From Eledone cirrhosa (taxonomy: Eukaryota), in the NCBI GenBank assembly GCA_964016885.1, contig OZ024743.1, forward strand, positions 50,530,001-50,594,000: a stretch of DNA of 64,000 bases, written 5' to 3'. Shown in pieces: positions 13,836-25,629 of this stretch (positions are counted from its first letter, which is position 1; each line of letters begins with the position of its first letter). The notes beneath the pieces were generated by a model, which made no database searches, had not been told where the DNA came from, and was given only the letters and a program-made list of their open reading frames with translations. A program made the translations under genes and the position numbers.

Positions 13836-13889
13836 TACAAAATTTGTTTTATAAATAGTGACATAACCATATATATATATATATATATA

Positions 13890-14188
13890 GTGGTGGAACA
13901 CTGGAAGGTAATATCCGTAGTGGTAGAGCACCCAGTACAAGGGACGAGTTAGGTAGAAGTGGTTACACAACAGTTAGTTCACCATACCGAAAACAATTGT
14001 TTCACCTTAGCGGATCCTCAGCTCGGAATGGGCATGGTTATAGGAACAGGAAGGACAACCGTACGAACGCGCATGCGCAGAAACCCGGTCACTTCACACA
14101 GGCAATACTAGACTGCGTGCGAGAGGTGTAAGGGAGATAACTGAGAAAGTCCGAAAAGTTTTTAGGTTGAAAATAAAATTACAAAGAA
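13890..14188 (-). mobile_element. Penelope-like element 3' UTR / pseudo-LTR
   Basis: Directly follows the GIY-YIG stop codon, contains a hammerhead and ends at (TA)n. Related copies at 16170-16372. Confidence 0.7.
13987..14026 (-). ncRNA. Type I hammerhead ribozyme (minimal, PLE-type)
   Basis: CCGAG-CTGAGGA-TCCGCTAAGGT-GAAA-CAATTG-TT-TTCGG, about 160 nt downstream of the PLE endonuclease stop. Confidence 0.8.
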
Positions 14189-14730
14189 TCAGTCCGGAGC
14201 CTTGTAGTTATGCAATAGGTGTTTGGCGACGTGTGGACAACGTGTGAAAAATTCACTTCTCGTGTTTAGGCAATCACTATTGCGTAATCTCTTTAGAATA
14301 GTTATTCGTTCGTCAATACATAAGCCACACGTCGGATTTCCCCTTGCGTATGGCTTGGACTTAGTGATGGCTTTCCATTGAATGGAATAGTCTATACTTG
14401 AGTCCTTGAGGGACCATACGTGGCTCGCGAGTTTCGTGGTTGAATGTCTGTCCGGGTACCTGAAGGTAGACTGGTGGTTCAGGAAACGTTCCTTGAATCG
14501 GCCCTCCGCCATGCCCACATAGGATTTGACCTCCTGTGATTCGTTTGGTAGGTTGGAAGTGACCACAGCTTCATAGATTACAGGTGGTGTGTTGCTTTGC
14601 TGTTGAAGGGGGCAAACTTCAGGCTTACGTCAAGACCACCTTGGTGGGATGTTGCTCCTAGGGCTGCTGGTGATGTGGCCCTTCATGTTCTTAGCGCAGG
14701 AGTATCCTAGTTTAACTTTGTGTCGGTTAA
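14189..14730 (-). pseudogene. Penelope-like retroelement C-terminal GIY-YIG endonuclease fragment
   Basis: NRHKVKLGYSCAKNM...CPL...VIYEAVV...YVGMAEGRFKERFLNHQSTF...LASHVWSLK...IQWK...CGLCIDE...LNTRSE...CPH. One in-frame TGA at 14630-14632. Confidence 0.85.
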
Positions 14731-14763
14731 GCTGTGGTCACTTCCAACCGACCAAACGAATGA

Positions 14764-14868
14764 CGTCGGGGTCATACTTTTTCCTATTACCCACTCTACT
14801 ACCCTAAGTATTGAGTACTCTGGTGCGTTATAGCCCATCTGGTTCCTTACCACAACTCCTTCGTTATC
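14764..14868 (+). mobile_element. PLE terminal tail (TTCCTATTACCCACTCTACTACCCTAAGTATTGAGTAC...CCTTCGTTAT)
   Basis: Recurs at 15952-16045, 22105-22165, 54432-54518 and 62575-62655. Confidence 0.65.
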
Positions 14869-14869
14869 T

Positions 14870-15375
14870 ATATTACTAAAACAGAGAATGTCTGTTTGTC
14901 TGTCTGTCCAATCACTAAAACTCGAGAACCACCCAACCGAGTTTTTTTTCCAAACTTTACACATGTAATATTTATGGTCCCGTGCGTGTTTTGAGCAAAA
15001 GAAATTTCAAATTTGTCAATACCCTAGGCACTGCATTAGGCGATTTAGCGATTTCTGTCTATAATTCTTAGTCTTTCTCTTTTTAGATAGATACATAGAT
15101 ATAACGTCACGCCCTTATAATATCTGTCTTTATGCCTGACTGTCTGCATTACGTCATTATGACGCGATCAGTGTGTGTGTATATATATATATTTTCTTAT
15201 ACCAGGGAACGTCTTCACGAACCAAAGTATCGTCTTCCTGTTTTCCTTCGGTTGCAACGTTTTTCGAAATAATTACATCTGCGTTCACAGATCGATTTTT
15301 TTTATTTTAGTTTCAGAAGATCCCGTTAAGGGTGAAAGCAGCGATTCTTTGCTTAAACATTAATCTGTTATTTTA

Positions 15376-15378
<3 letters not shown>
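14870..15378 (+). mobile_element. Dispersed repeat (Helitron-like start) ending in a hammerhead-like module
   Basis: 15110-15378 is homologous to 38845-39113. Confidence 0.55.
15310..15358 (+). ncRNA. Hammerhead-like motif with variant core CAGAAGA
   Basis: GTTT-CAGAAGA-TCCCGTTAAGGGT-GAAA-GCA..TGC-TT-AAAC. All three stems pair, but U4 is A. Confidence 0.5.
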
Positions 15379-15418
<40 letters not shown>

Positions 15419-15602
15419 TATATTCGTGTACAGATATTTTTGCATACACAATAACAAAATATAAACAAAAGCATTTATTTCGCGATAAAGTATTGATTTT
15501 CTTCGCACGGAAAAAAACCCTGGTAATGTACGACGAATTTCTTTTATAAGCACAAAATGTAGTCACCATCCCGAGGCCGAGGTATTCCGTACTTCTCTGT
15601 AC

Positions 15603-15673
<71 letters not shown>

Positions 15674-15713
15674 TATATTCGGGTACAGATATTTTTGCAT
15701 ACACAATAACAAT

Positions 15714-15774
<61 letters not shown>

Positions 15775-15951
15775 TAACAGATTAAAGTTTAAGCAAATAA
15801 TCGCTGCTTTTTCACCCTTAACGGGATCTTCAGAAGATCCCGTTAATAAATATTTGCTCTACGGTTCTTATATATCTTATATATATTTATCCTTATCGAG
15901 CCCTCTTTGGATTTTAGTCTTCAAATTTATTATTATTAGTATATATATATA

Positions 15952-16090
15952 TAACGAAGGAAATGTGGTAAGGAACCAGATGGACCATAACGCACCAAAG
16001 TACTCAATACTTAGAGTAGTAGAGTGGGTAATAGGAACGAATAGGACCCCGACGGCTGAGCTCAAGCCGTTTCGACGGCTAATTCTGGAC
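15952..16090 (-). mobile_element. PLE terminal repeat with 3' half hammerhead (GUC site)
   Basis: Same family as 10602 and 62575. Flanked by (TA)n. Confidence 0.65.
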
Positions 16091-16093
16091 TAA

Positions 16094-16174
<81 letters not shown>

Positions 16175-16204
16175 AAGTAGTAACACAACAGTTAGTTCAC
16201 CATA

Positions 16205-16244
16205 CCGAAAACAATTGTTTCACCTTAGCGGATCTTCAGCTCGG
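16205..16244 (-). ncRNA. Type I hammerhead ribozyme (copy of the 13987 family)
   Basis: CCGAG-CTGAAGA-TCCGCTAAGGT-GAAA-CAATTG-TT-TTCGG, followed by an inverted partial copy from 16248. Confidence 0.8.
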
Positions 16245-16433
16245 ACTGGTGAAACAATTGTTCTCGGTCTGGTGACTAACTGTTGTGTTACTACTTCTAC
16301 CAAACTCGTCCCATGGACTGAGTGCTCTACCACTACGGATATTACCTTCCAGTGTTCTACCTATATATATATATATATCCACTGGTCTTTCCATTCCGTA
16401 TCTTCACTTGCGCGTGCTCATACACACGCGCGC

Positions 16434-16590
<157 letters not shown>

Positions 16591-17016
16591 GCAAGGGTGA
16601 AAATATAAGAGAGTATATAATTATCAAGTAGTTTTATACAAAGCTCAATGTGTTTACCAAGTAATTGTTGAAAGAAATGAGAGATGCTTTTAATAGAAAA
16701 GACACATAAAAATAGACACATAGAAAAGACACAAAAAAAGACACAGAAAATATCTAAACAAAGATGGATTAAGGTTGATCAACTTATTTAACACTTTACA
16801 ATTGTTTCGGTGATGTCGTGGATCATTAGACGGTGGCAATAATAAAATTGTTTATAACATGTTTAAAGAAAAAGGAAGGGAAAACATAGGAAAACCTCCT
16901 CAGAAGCAAAACAAGTATAAAAATAAAACAAAACATGCCGAAGTCTAACCCTGTAGGGCAAGATAAAGGACAGTGAAGGTTATATAGCAATATCTTTTAT
17001 GTTTATATATATGTAT

Positions 17017-17360
17017 ATCATCATCATCATCATCATCGTTTAACGTCCATCTTCCACGCTTGCATCGGTTTGGACGGGAGTTTTCCCACTTGAGGCAAGA
17101 TTGGTTGTCCTGCTCGTATAGGACTGTCTGGCGGGTTTTCTACGGCTGGATGCCCTTCTTAACGCCAACCACATTTACAGTGTGGACTGGGAGGTTTTTT
17201 TGTTGTGATACCTACACGTCTGGCGGGTTTTCTACGGCTGGGTGCCCTTCCCAACACCAACCACGTTTACAGTGTGGACTGGGAGGTTTTTACCGTGTTA
17301 CCTACACGGCTACATTACAGCGTGGACTGTGTGTTTTTTTGTCGTGACACCTACACGACC
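17017..17360 (-). mobile_element. LINE-related/SINE 3' end with (GAT)n tail and an internal ~90-bp duplication
   Basis: Minus strand GGTTGGCGTTAAGAAGGGCATCCAGCCGTAGAAA ... TGGACGTTAAACGATGATGATGA. 17127-17215 is duplicated at 17218-17305. Confidence 0.6.
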
Positions 17361-17584
17361 TCATTTGTTTCGGACTGGATGTTGTGGTACCAACATAACT
17401 TCACATTTAAGGGGGTGGTGTGGATGGGGTGGGGTTAGTGGGACGGGGGTGTATTTTGTTAGAGGTGCCTACTGACTGTAGGTTTCGCTTTGTACTTAGG
17501 TAAGGCGGGTCTTCTGTATAACTGTGTAGCGCCAAAGAGAGAGAAAGGGAGAGGAAGAAAGTGGGGTAAGAGTAGATATATATA

Positions 17585-17617
<33 letters not shown>

Positions 17618-17804
17618 ATATTATGTCAGGTCACCACTTGGTGCTACTGGTAACATGTATCCCAGTACAACCTGTCTCATGGTCGGGTCGTTGGCGACTA
17701 AACTGGCAACCCCACCAAGGTTTCTTGGTGAGGAGGGTGACTTTGGACATCCTGCAGGACTAAAAACAAAACCTGTCAAAGGGCAAAGGAGCTCTTAAGA
17801 GTCA

Positions 17805-18600
17805 ATGGCCATCCAAAATCACTGGGAGAGATGACTCCTTAGCCTTTGTCAAGGCAGAATTCTAGGAGAAGGAAAACTCTGATATAACACCTGCAACCCT
17901 GATGGTATCCAATGATGTTGACTTGTTCTTCTTTTTGGTAAATATCATCTTGGTTAAGAGAGTGGGACTGGCTTTGTGCAGTGCCTTTGCTCACTATAAA
18001 AGCTTCACGGCACAGGCATTGCTTTATATCTGGAGATCTCTCTGCACTTGCCGTCACATGGTACCATGGGCCCAGCACTATGTGTCAATAATTGTCACAA
18101 GTGTAGTGTTTGTACCAGAGTTTTCAAGTCGCTGGCTGGACTAAAAAGTCACACTCGTTCAGCGCATCGGTAGGGGTTCTCCTACATGGATATAAAGTAG
18201 TGGCCTCCAAAATCACCGGGAGAGATGACCCCTTAGCCTTTGTCAAGGCAGAATTCTAGGAGAAGGAAAACTCTGATATAACACCTGCAACCCTGATGGT
18301 ATCCAATGATGTTGAATTGTTCTTCTTTTTGGTAAATATCATCTTGGTTAAGAGAGTGGGACTGGCTTTGTGCAGTGCCTTTGCTCACTATAAAAGCTTC
18401 ACAGCACAGGCATTGCTTTATATCTGGAGATCTCTCTGCACTTGTCGTCACATGGTACCATGGGCCCAGCACTATGTGTCAATAATTGTCACAGGTGTGG
18501 TGTTTGTACCAGAGTTTTCAAGTCGCTGGCTGGACTAAAAAGTCACACTCGTTCAGCGCATTGGTAGGGGTTCTCCTACATGGATATAAAGTAGTGGCCG
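17805..18600. repeat. 394-bp tandem duplication of a LINE-like (RTE 5'-type) sequence
   Basis: Near-identical ORFs offset by 394 (17839/18233). Contains CTAGGAGAAGGAAAACTCTGA. Confidence 0.85.
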
Positions 18601-18626
18601 TACTCGAAAACGAGTTGGCAGCCACC

Positions 18627-18680
<54 letters not shown>

Positions 18681-18709
18681 TAAATAAATACATACAGATA
18701 TATACATAT

Positions 18710-18805
<96 letters not shown>

Positions 18806-18824
18806 ATAGTGTGTGTGTGTGTAC

Positions 18825-18875
<51 letters not shown>

Positions 18876-19283
18876 CATATATATATATAAAGAGAATAGA
18901 AATGGCTGTGTAGTTACTATTTAAGGTAACTTAAAATGCAGTGGGAATACGAAGAAAGCAAGAACAGGTTGGGGGAGGCGGGTTCCTCATCAGTTGTCTA
19001 CAGGGGGTCTCGGATATTTCTATGCTTTAAAGACGAGATACCACTTCGCCCCAGGGCGTCAATAACTGGATAAGTTATTGGGAAAACGAAGGAACGAGGG
19101 AAGAAAAGCAAAGGGAAGAAAAGAGAAACAGTAACAAAACAGCGAAAAAAACACACAAACCGAGCAATGTGCGAGCAACAATAGGTAGGAAATCCAAGAC
19201 CACTCGATAATAGAACTTAAGTTAGAGACTGAGTAATCGAGAGAAAAGACACACGTCCGATCACCGCAGTTGTAAGTGAGAAG

Positions 19284-19334
19284 AGAGAGAAAGGGAGAGG
19301 AAGAAAGTGGGGTAAGAGTAGATATATATATATG

Positions 19335-19392
<58 letters not shown>

Positions 19393-19780
19393 TGCTACTG
19401 GTAACATGTATCCCAGTACAACCTGTCTCATGGTCGGGTCGTTGGCGACTAAACTGGCAACCCCACCAAGGTTTCTTGGTGAGGAGGGTGACTCTGGACA
19501 TCCTGCAGGACTAAAAACAAAACCTGTCAAAGGGCAAAGGAGCTCTTAAGAGTCAATGGCTATCTAAAATCACCGGGAGAGATGACCCATTAGCCTTTGT
19601 CAAAGCAGAATTCTAGGAGAAGGAAAACTCTGATATAACACCTGCAACCCTGATGGTATCTAATGATGTTGACTTGTTCTTCTTTTTGGTAAATATCATC
19701 TTGGTTAAGAGAGTGGGACTGGCTTTGTGCAGTGCATTTGCTCACTATAAAAGCTTCACGGCACAAGGCATTGCTTTATA
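19284..19780. repeat. Local duplication of 17537-18028 including its flanking microsatellite
   Basis: GAGAGAAAGGGAGAGGAAGAAAGTGGGGTAAGAGTAGA-(TA)n-TGGTGCTACTGG... is present in both copies. Confidence 0.85.
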
Positions 19781-19924
19781 TGTGTATATATGCATACGTG
19801 TATATATGTATATATGTATATGTGTGTGTGTGTATATATACATATATATATGTGTGTGTGTGTATGTATTTGTTTATGTTTGTGAATATATATATATATA
19901 TACATGTGTATATGTGTATATGTA

Positions 19925-19994
<70 letters not shown>

Positions 19995-20038
19995 TGTGTG
20001 TATATATATATGTATATATATGTATATATGTGTGTATG

Positions 20039-20118
<80 letters not shown>

Positions 20119-20596
20119 AGTGTGTGTGTGGGGGGGTGCGCGTGTGTGCTTGTGAATGTGTCTGTTGACATTTGGAATATAGCTTAAGACAAACTTGAAG
20201 ATAATGGTATGATAGGCACTCAATACTTTGAACTGGTCTATAGAATTCTCTAGGCCTTTGTCACTAAGTAGAACCTTAAAGAATTAGCCTTTAAAGAATT
20301 TCTCTTTTCTTTAAATCCATCAACCATGACTGACCCCCAACGATCTTATAGACACCTGAAATATAGGCATTGTTAGCTTAAGAGAAACTTAAAAATAACG
20401 AGTGGCACCCCATTCTGAACTTGTTTATAGAATTCTTTCTGCCTTTGTTACTCTAAATATAAATTATAGCTTTAAAGAATTAGCTTTTAATGAATTCCCT
20501 TTTCTATCAACCAATGACCTCTACCCATCCCACCCCCTACCCTCTCCTACCACCTGAAGAGGCCTATAAATACCATATTTATTTTTTAATACCCAG

Positions 20597-20643
20597 ATTC
20601 CTGATGATTTCTAAAGAATGAAACAGTTCTAGTCCTGTAGAAT
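20597..20643 (+). ncRNA. Type I hammerhead ribozyme
   Basis: ATTC-CTGATGA-TTTCTAAAGAAT-GAAA-CAG-ttctagtc-CTG-TA-GAAT. Confidence 0.75.
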
Positions 20644-20727
20644 ATCATCTATATTAAAACTTTTATACTCTGCTATGTATTGAGTACCTTACTTACTGTG
20701 GTTACCTCCGATTCAACCCGTAATAAC

Positions 20728-20807
<80 letters not shown>

Positions 20808-21338
20808 AGGTTCAGGACCCGTTTTGCCCTGGAAAGTAGGCTCCATGTTAAATGATAGGTAATATTGTTGTCTTGGAAGTCCCAAGATATAACGGAAGTG
20901 AGAAATTTAGGTTATTACAAAGTTTGTCATCTCCAATCAATAATTATTTGATCTCAAAGAACAAAATCTTTAGAGGAGGCTTCCATTTCAAACCCCAGTT
21001 GCTTGCTAAGTGGAAATACTCAACAAATTCAACTGAAATTCAACCACATTAATTTGATTTATATACTTCCGTAATATCTTTTCTTTCTCTTCCCACACTT
21101 ACATAATACAATACACTTTCTTTACTACTTTAGTCTTTACCATAATAAATATTACCATCTCTATATTACATTCCACCACATAATACAATACTCTGCTTTA
21201 GCCTACGAACACTAACACGTGTACAATCTCGCTTTTCACATTTACATCCTGGAGTTATTCTCCTTCGTTATAATACGTTTTTCGTAAACTAGCGTTTTTA
21301 GGACACATTATTTTAAACGGTATCTTATAAACTGGTAT

Positions 21339-21416
21339 AAGTGCCTGAAGATAGGTCTCACATTTGACCCTCTTGCATATGGTCAACATTGGGCCTTGAA
21401 ACCTTTGGTAGTGCTT
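21339..21416 (+). ncRNA. Type I hammerhead ribozyme with extended stem II
   Basis: AAGTGC-CTGAAGA-TAGGTCT..TTGACC..GGTCAA..GGGCCTT-GAAA-CCtttGG-TA-GTGCTT. Confidence 0.7.
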
Positions 21417-21511
21417 TTGTTCCCTGTATAAACATAAGTAATATAATATTTATGCTTTCTTCCCGATTGAGCACTGCTTTCATTTTTCTTTTTTTACATA
21501 TACGAATATTG

Positions 21512-21567
<56 letters not shown>

Positions 21568-21571
<4 letters not shown>

Positions 21572-21645
21572 CTTTGTTGAGTGCTTCTAATCTATTGTAA
21601 AACTATATTCATTGATTAATCAATGAAGGTTGTTTAACTTTTGGT

Positions 21646-21681
<36 letters not shown>

Positions 21682-21690
21682 CACACATAC

Positions 21691-21721
<31 letters not shown>

Positions 21722-21799
21722 ACCAAAAGTTAAACAACCTTCATTGATTAATCAATGAATATAGTTTTACAATAGATTAGAAGCACTCAACAAAGAAGT
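21568..21799. repeat. Perfect ~79-bp inverted repeat flanking a (TA)n-rich spacer
   Basis: ACTTCTTTGTTGAG...TTTTGGTTA pairs with TAACCAAAA...CTCAACAAAGAAGT. Confidence 0.9.
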
Positions 21800-21909
21800 T
21801 TTCTGGAGTTATTAATATTAATTCAAAATATTAATAAATATAGACATTCATATATTTGATCACATGAATGTCTATATTTATTAATATTTTGAATTAATAT
21901 ATATGTATA

Positions 21910-22006
<97 letters not shown>

Positions 22007-22022
22007 AAGAGAGAGAGGGTGT

Positions 22023-22055
<33 letters not shown>

Positions 22056-22369
22056 TGTGTGTTACTACTATATATATATATATATATCAGAATGCATGCA
22101 ATAAAACCAGTTAGACCATTACTCACCAGAGTACTCAATATTTGGGGTAGTAGAGTGGGTAATAAGAAAAATTCGGGACCCCGACCTCCTGCAGTTTTAC
22201 AGCTAGATCCGCCAGGGTCCCGACGTATGTATGTATATAATATATATACATAGAGAGGGGGATAGGGAAAAAGAGAGATAGACAACACTTGTGTGTGTGT
22301 GACAGCTCACACCTATGCAGGTTTAGCTGGCCTCCTCCAAGGTATATCTCGTTGGAGGTGTCTTAGGTG

Positions 22370-22541
22370 ATTTAATTATAGGGACCCCAGTCCTATCATC
22401 TCATTTCTACAGCTGAGTAAACTGGAGCAACGCGAAATAAAGTGTCTTGTTCAAGGAAACAACACATCACCCTGTCCGAGAATTGAACTCACAACCTTTC
22501 CATTGCAAGCCCAATGCTCTAACCACTAAGCCATGCGCCTT
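22370..22541 (-). mobile_element. tRNA-derived SINE (CORE-like family)
   Basis: Minus strand GGCGCATGGCTTAGTGGTTAGAGC...GAGTTCAATTCTC...CCTTGAACAAGACACTT...GTTGCTCCAGTTTACTCAGCTG. Confidence 0.8.
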
Positions 22542-23041
22542 CAGTGTGTGAAGGCGCATGGCTTAGTGGTTAGACAACACTTGCGTGAATGAAAACATTT
22601 TAGAACATATTGAACATTGCCCCCACCCCATCCCATGTCTTATGTGTTCCATGAATCTGTTACATTCAGGTTTTATGCCAACAATTCGATCGTTCGCTAA
22701 ACTTCCTATAACTACTCATCATTTCATTTCTTTTCTAGGTTTTGTTTTCGCTTTTTATATATATATATATATATATAAGATGATGAATGGTCCCTTCATA
22801 ATATCATACTATATTATCACATAGCAATACCAATATTGGTTCTTTGCTTCAACTTATCACTAAATCTCACTATTGGTTCCCTTCAATTCTTGGCTAAATC
22901 TCGGCTCCAATGCGTAATAATACGCCTACCTCATTCAAAAATTGTAATTTCAGAATTGTATTTTTGTTTTTCTTTACCAATGAAACTTCTTTTGTTTTGT
23001 TTTGTTTTGTTTATTTATTTTTTATTTTTTATTTGTCTATT

Positions 23042-23092
<51 letters not shown>

Positions 23093-23419
23093 TTTGTTGT
23101 TGATCGATCTTCTAATTTGATTTATTAAAACGTCGAAAACACGTGTTTCCAAATATCCTCGATAGTAGAAGATTATCAATTTCACAGCAATCCATATACT
23201 AAGCCTACGCTGTCAGAATTCCAAACTTTTTCAACAAAGAAATTATATTGCTCAATTAAAGACTTTTTTTATATGTTTTTGTCAACTTTGATATTCTCCT
23301 TACGTTTTACATTTGTCCCCCATTTTTGCTTTTATATCGAATAAATCGATATTTGCACCCTCCTATATCAATCATTTATTTTTTCTTTAAACTGATTCCA
23401 TTCTGTAATTGAGAGCCGT

Positions 23420-24030
23420 AAACCAACAGACCAACAGGTCAACTGACTAACGGACCAACAGACCAACAGACCAACTGACTAACAGACCAACAGACCAACT
23501 AATCAACAGACCAACATACCAACACACCAACAGACTAAAAGACCAACTAACCAACAGACCAAGAGACCAACAGACCAACTAATCAACAGACCAACAGACC
23601 AACATACCAACAGACCAACAGACCAACTAACCAACAGACCACCAGACCAACTAACCAACAGACTAACTAATAAACACACCAACAGACAAACAGACCAACT
23701 AATCAACACACCAACAGATCAACAGACCAACAGCAACAAACCAAGAGACCAACAAACCAACAGACCAACTGACTAACAGACCAACAGACCAACATACCAA
23801 CAAACCAACTAACCAATTAACCAACAGACCAACTGACTAACATACCAACAGACCAACAGACCAACAGATCAACTAACCAACAGACCAACAGACCAACAGA
23901 CCAACAGACCAACTAACCAACAGACCAACATATCAACTAACCAACAGACCAACTAATCAAGAGACCAACAGACCAACAGACCAACAGACAAACTATCAGA
24001 CCAACAGACAAACAGACAGGCTAACAGACC
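23420..24030. repeat. 8-bp-based repeat (ACCAACAG)n with ACTA insertions
   Basis: Seen directly. Confidence 0.93.
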
Positions 24031-24166
24031 AGTAGTTCAGTAATTAGCAGATCGTATTCAATAACCTATGATAAACTATAACCACTGCTAACGCTAGATA
24101 AAGTTAAAGGTAATTCCAGGCTTGGTAACTTATTTTGGTTACATTGGGATTAAGTGACTAAGAATA

Positions 24167-24297
24167 TAAGACTACACTCACCTGGATACAAGAATACACT
24201 CACTTGAATACAAGACTACACTCACCTGGATACAAGACTACACTTACCTGGATACAAGACTACACTCACCTGGACACAATACTACACTCACCTGGAT
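24167..24297. repeat. 22-bp minisatellite CAAGACTACACTCACCTGGATA, about 6 copies
   Basis: Seen directly. Confidence 0.9.
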
Positions 24298-24869
24298 GAG
24301 ACGCACCTTTGTCACAAGGTTAACCTTCAGCGACGTTACTGCTGTTTCTGGTACTCAGTTCATTCGGCTGAAGAAAGTTGAAATGAAGTGTCTTGCTCAA
24401 GGACACCGCTACACGAATAACACAAATACTTAATTGTTATATTTTTTCTAGACACAAATGCTCCATTCATACTATAGAAAAGGCTTGTTTTGAAACTCCA
24501 ACCTATATATCCAGGCGTGCATGACGATGGCTTTTACAATAGACAGCGGAAGAGTGGGGGGGGGGGTATTAACCAATGAACTGTCTCTGAAATCACACAA
24601 ACACACACACACACAGACACACACACACAAACACAAACACACACATATACGCACTTATACACACAGCCATACATACACACACACCTATGTACCCAGACGT
24701 ACATGACACTGTCTACCTCAATATACAGGAGAGAAAAGTCTTTATCTTCAACAAAAGTCTTTATCTTCAAAGAATTTGATAAAAAAAAACAAAAAAACAC
24801 TGCTGGTTTTATGTATTTTATTTTTTTGCCAATGAAGCTTTTAACTTCACATTTCTCTCCTCTCATGTA

Positions 24870-25485
24870 TATTGTTGTTGTTATTCTTGTTGTTGTTGTT
24901 GTTGCTGTTGTTATTGTTGCTGCTGCTGCTGTTGTTTTTGTTGCTGCTGGTATCCGTGTTGATACTGCATTTGTTAATGTGGTTGCTGTTGTTATTGTTG
25001 TTGCTGTTGTTGTTGCTGCTGTTGTTGTTGTTATTGTTGTTGTTGTTGTTGTTGCTGGTGTTGTTGCTGTTGTTGTTATTGTTGTTGTTGTTGCTAGTGT
25101 TGTTGCTGCTGTTGTTGTTGCTGTTGTTGTTGTTGCTGTTGTTGTTATTGCTGTTGTTGTTGCTGTTGTTGTTGTTGTTGCTGTTGTTATTGTTGCTGTT
25201 GTTGTTGCTGTTGTTGTTGTTGCTGTTGTTGTTGTTGCTGTTGTTGTTGCTGTTGTTGTTGCTGTTGTTATTGTTGCTGTTGTTGTTGTTGCTGTTGTTG
25301 TTATTGTTGCTGTTGTTGTTGATGTTGTTGTTTCTGTTGTTGTTGTTGTTGCTGTTGTTATTGTTGCTGTTGTTGTTGTTGCTGTTGTTGTTATTGTTGT
25401 TGTTGCTGTTGTTATTGTTGCTGTTGTTGTTGTTGCTGTTGTTGTTATTATTGCTGCTGTTGTTGTTGCCATTCTTGTTGTTGCT
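24870..25485. repeat. (GTT)n/(GCT)/(ATT) trinucleotide repeat
   Basis: Seen directly. Confidence 0.95.
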
Positions 25486-25629
25486 CTTCCTACGTCACTT
25501 CGATGGTATAATGCGCCCTGGCCTTCGTGCGGGGCCTCATCCCAAAACACCCGACCACGCATGTTCTTTCAAATTTTGTGAGAGAGACAAGTCCTACTGG
25601 TAAGACAATCCATTATTTGAAAATCTGTC

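Noticed and set aside
18986-18992. Orphan CTGANGA motifs (18986 on the minus strand; also 2265, 20554, 38497, 44818 and 46057)
   Set aside because: No properly placed GAAA, stem III and stem I, so they are not called as hammerheads.
20852-21052. Possible decayed PLE endonuclease end upstream of the 21339 hammerhead
   Set aside because: No motif could be recognised with confidence by eye; a profile search is needed.
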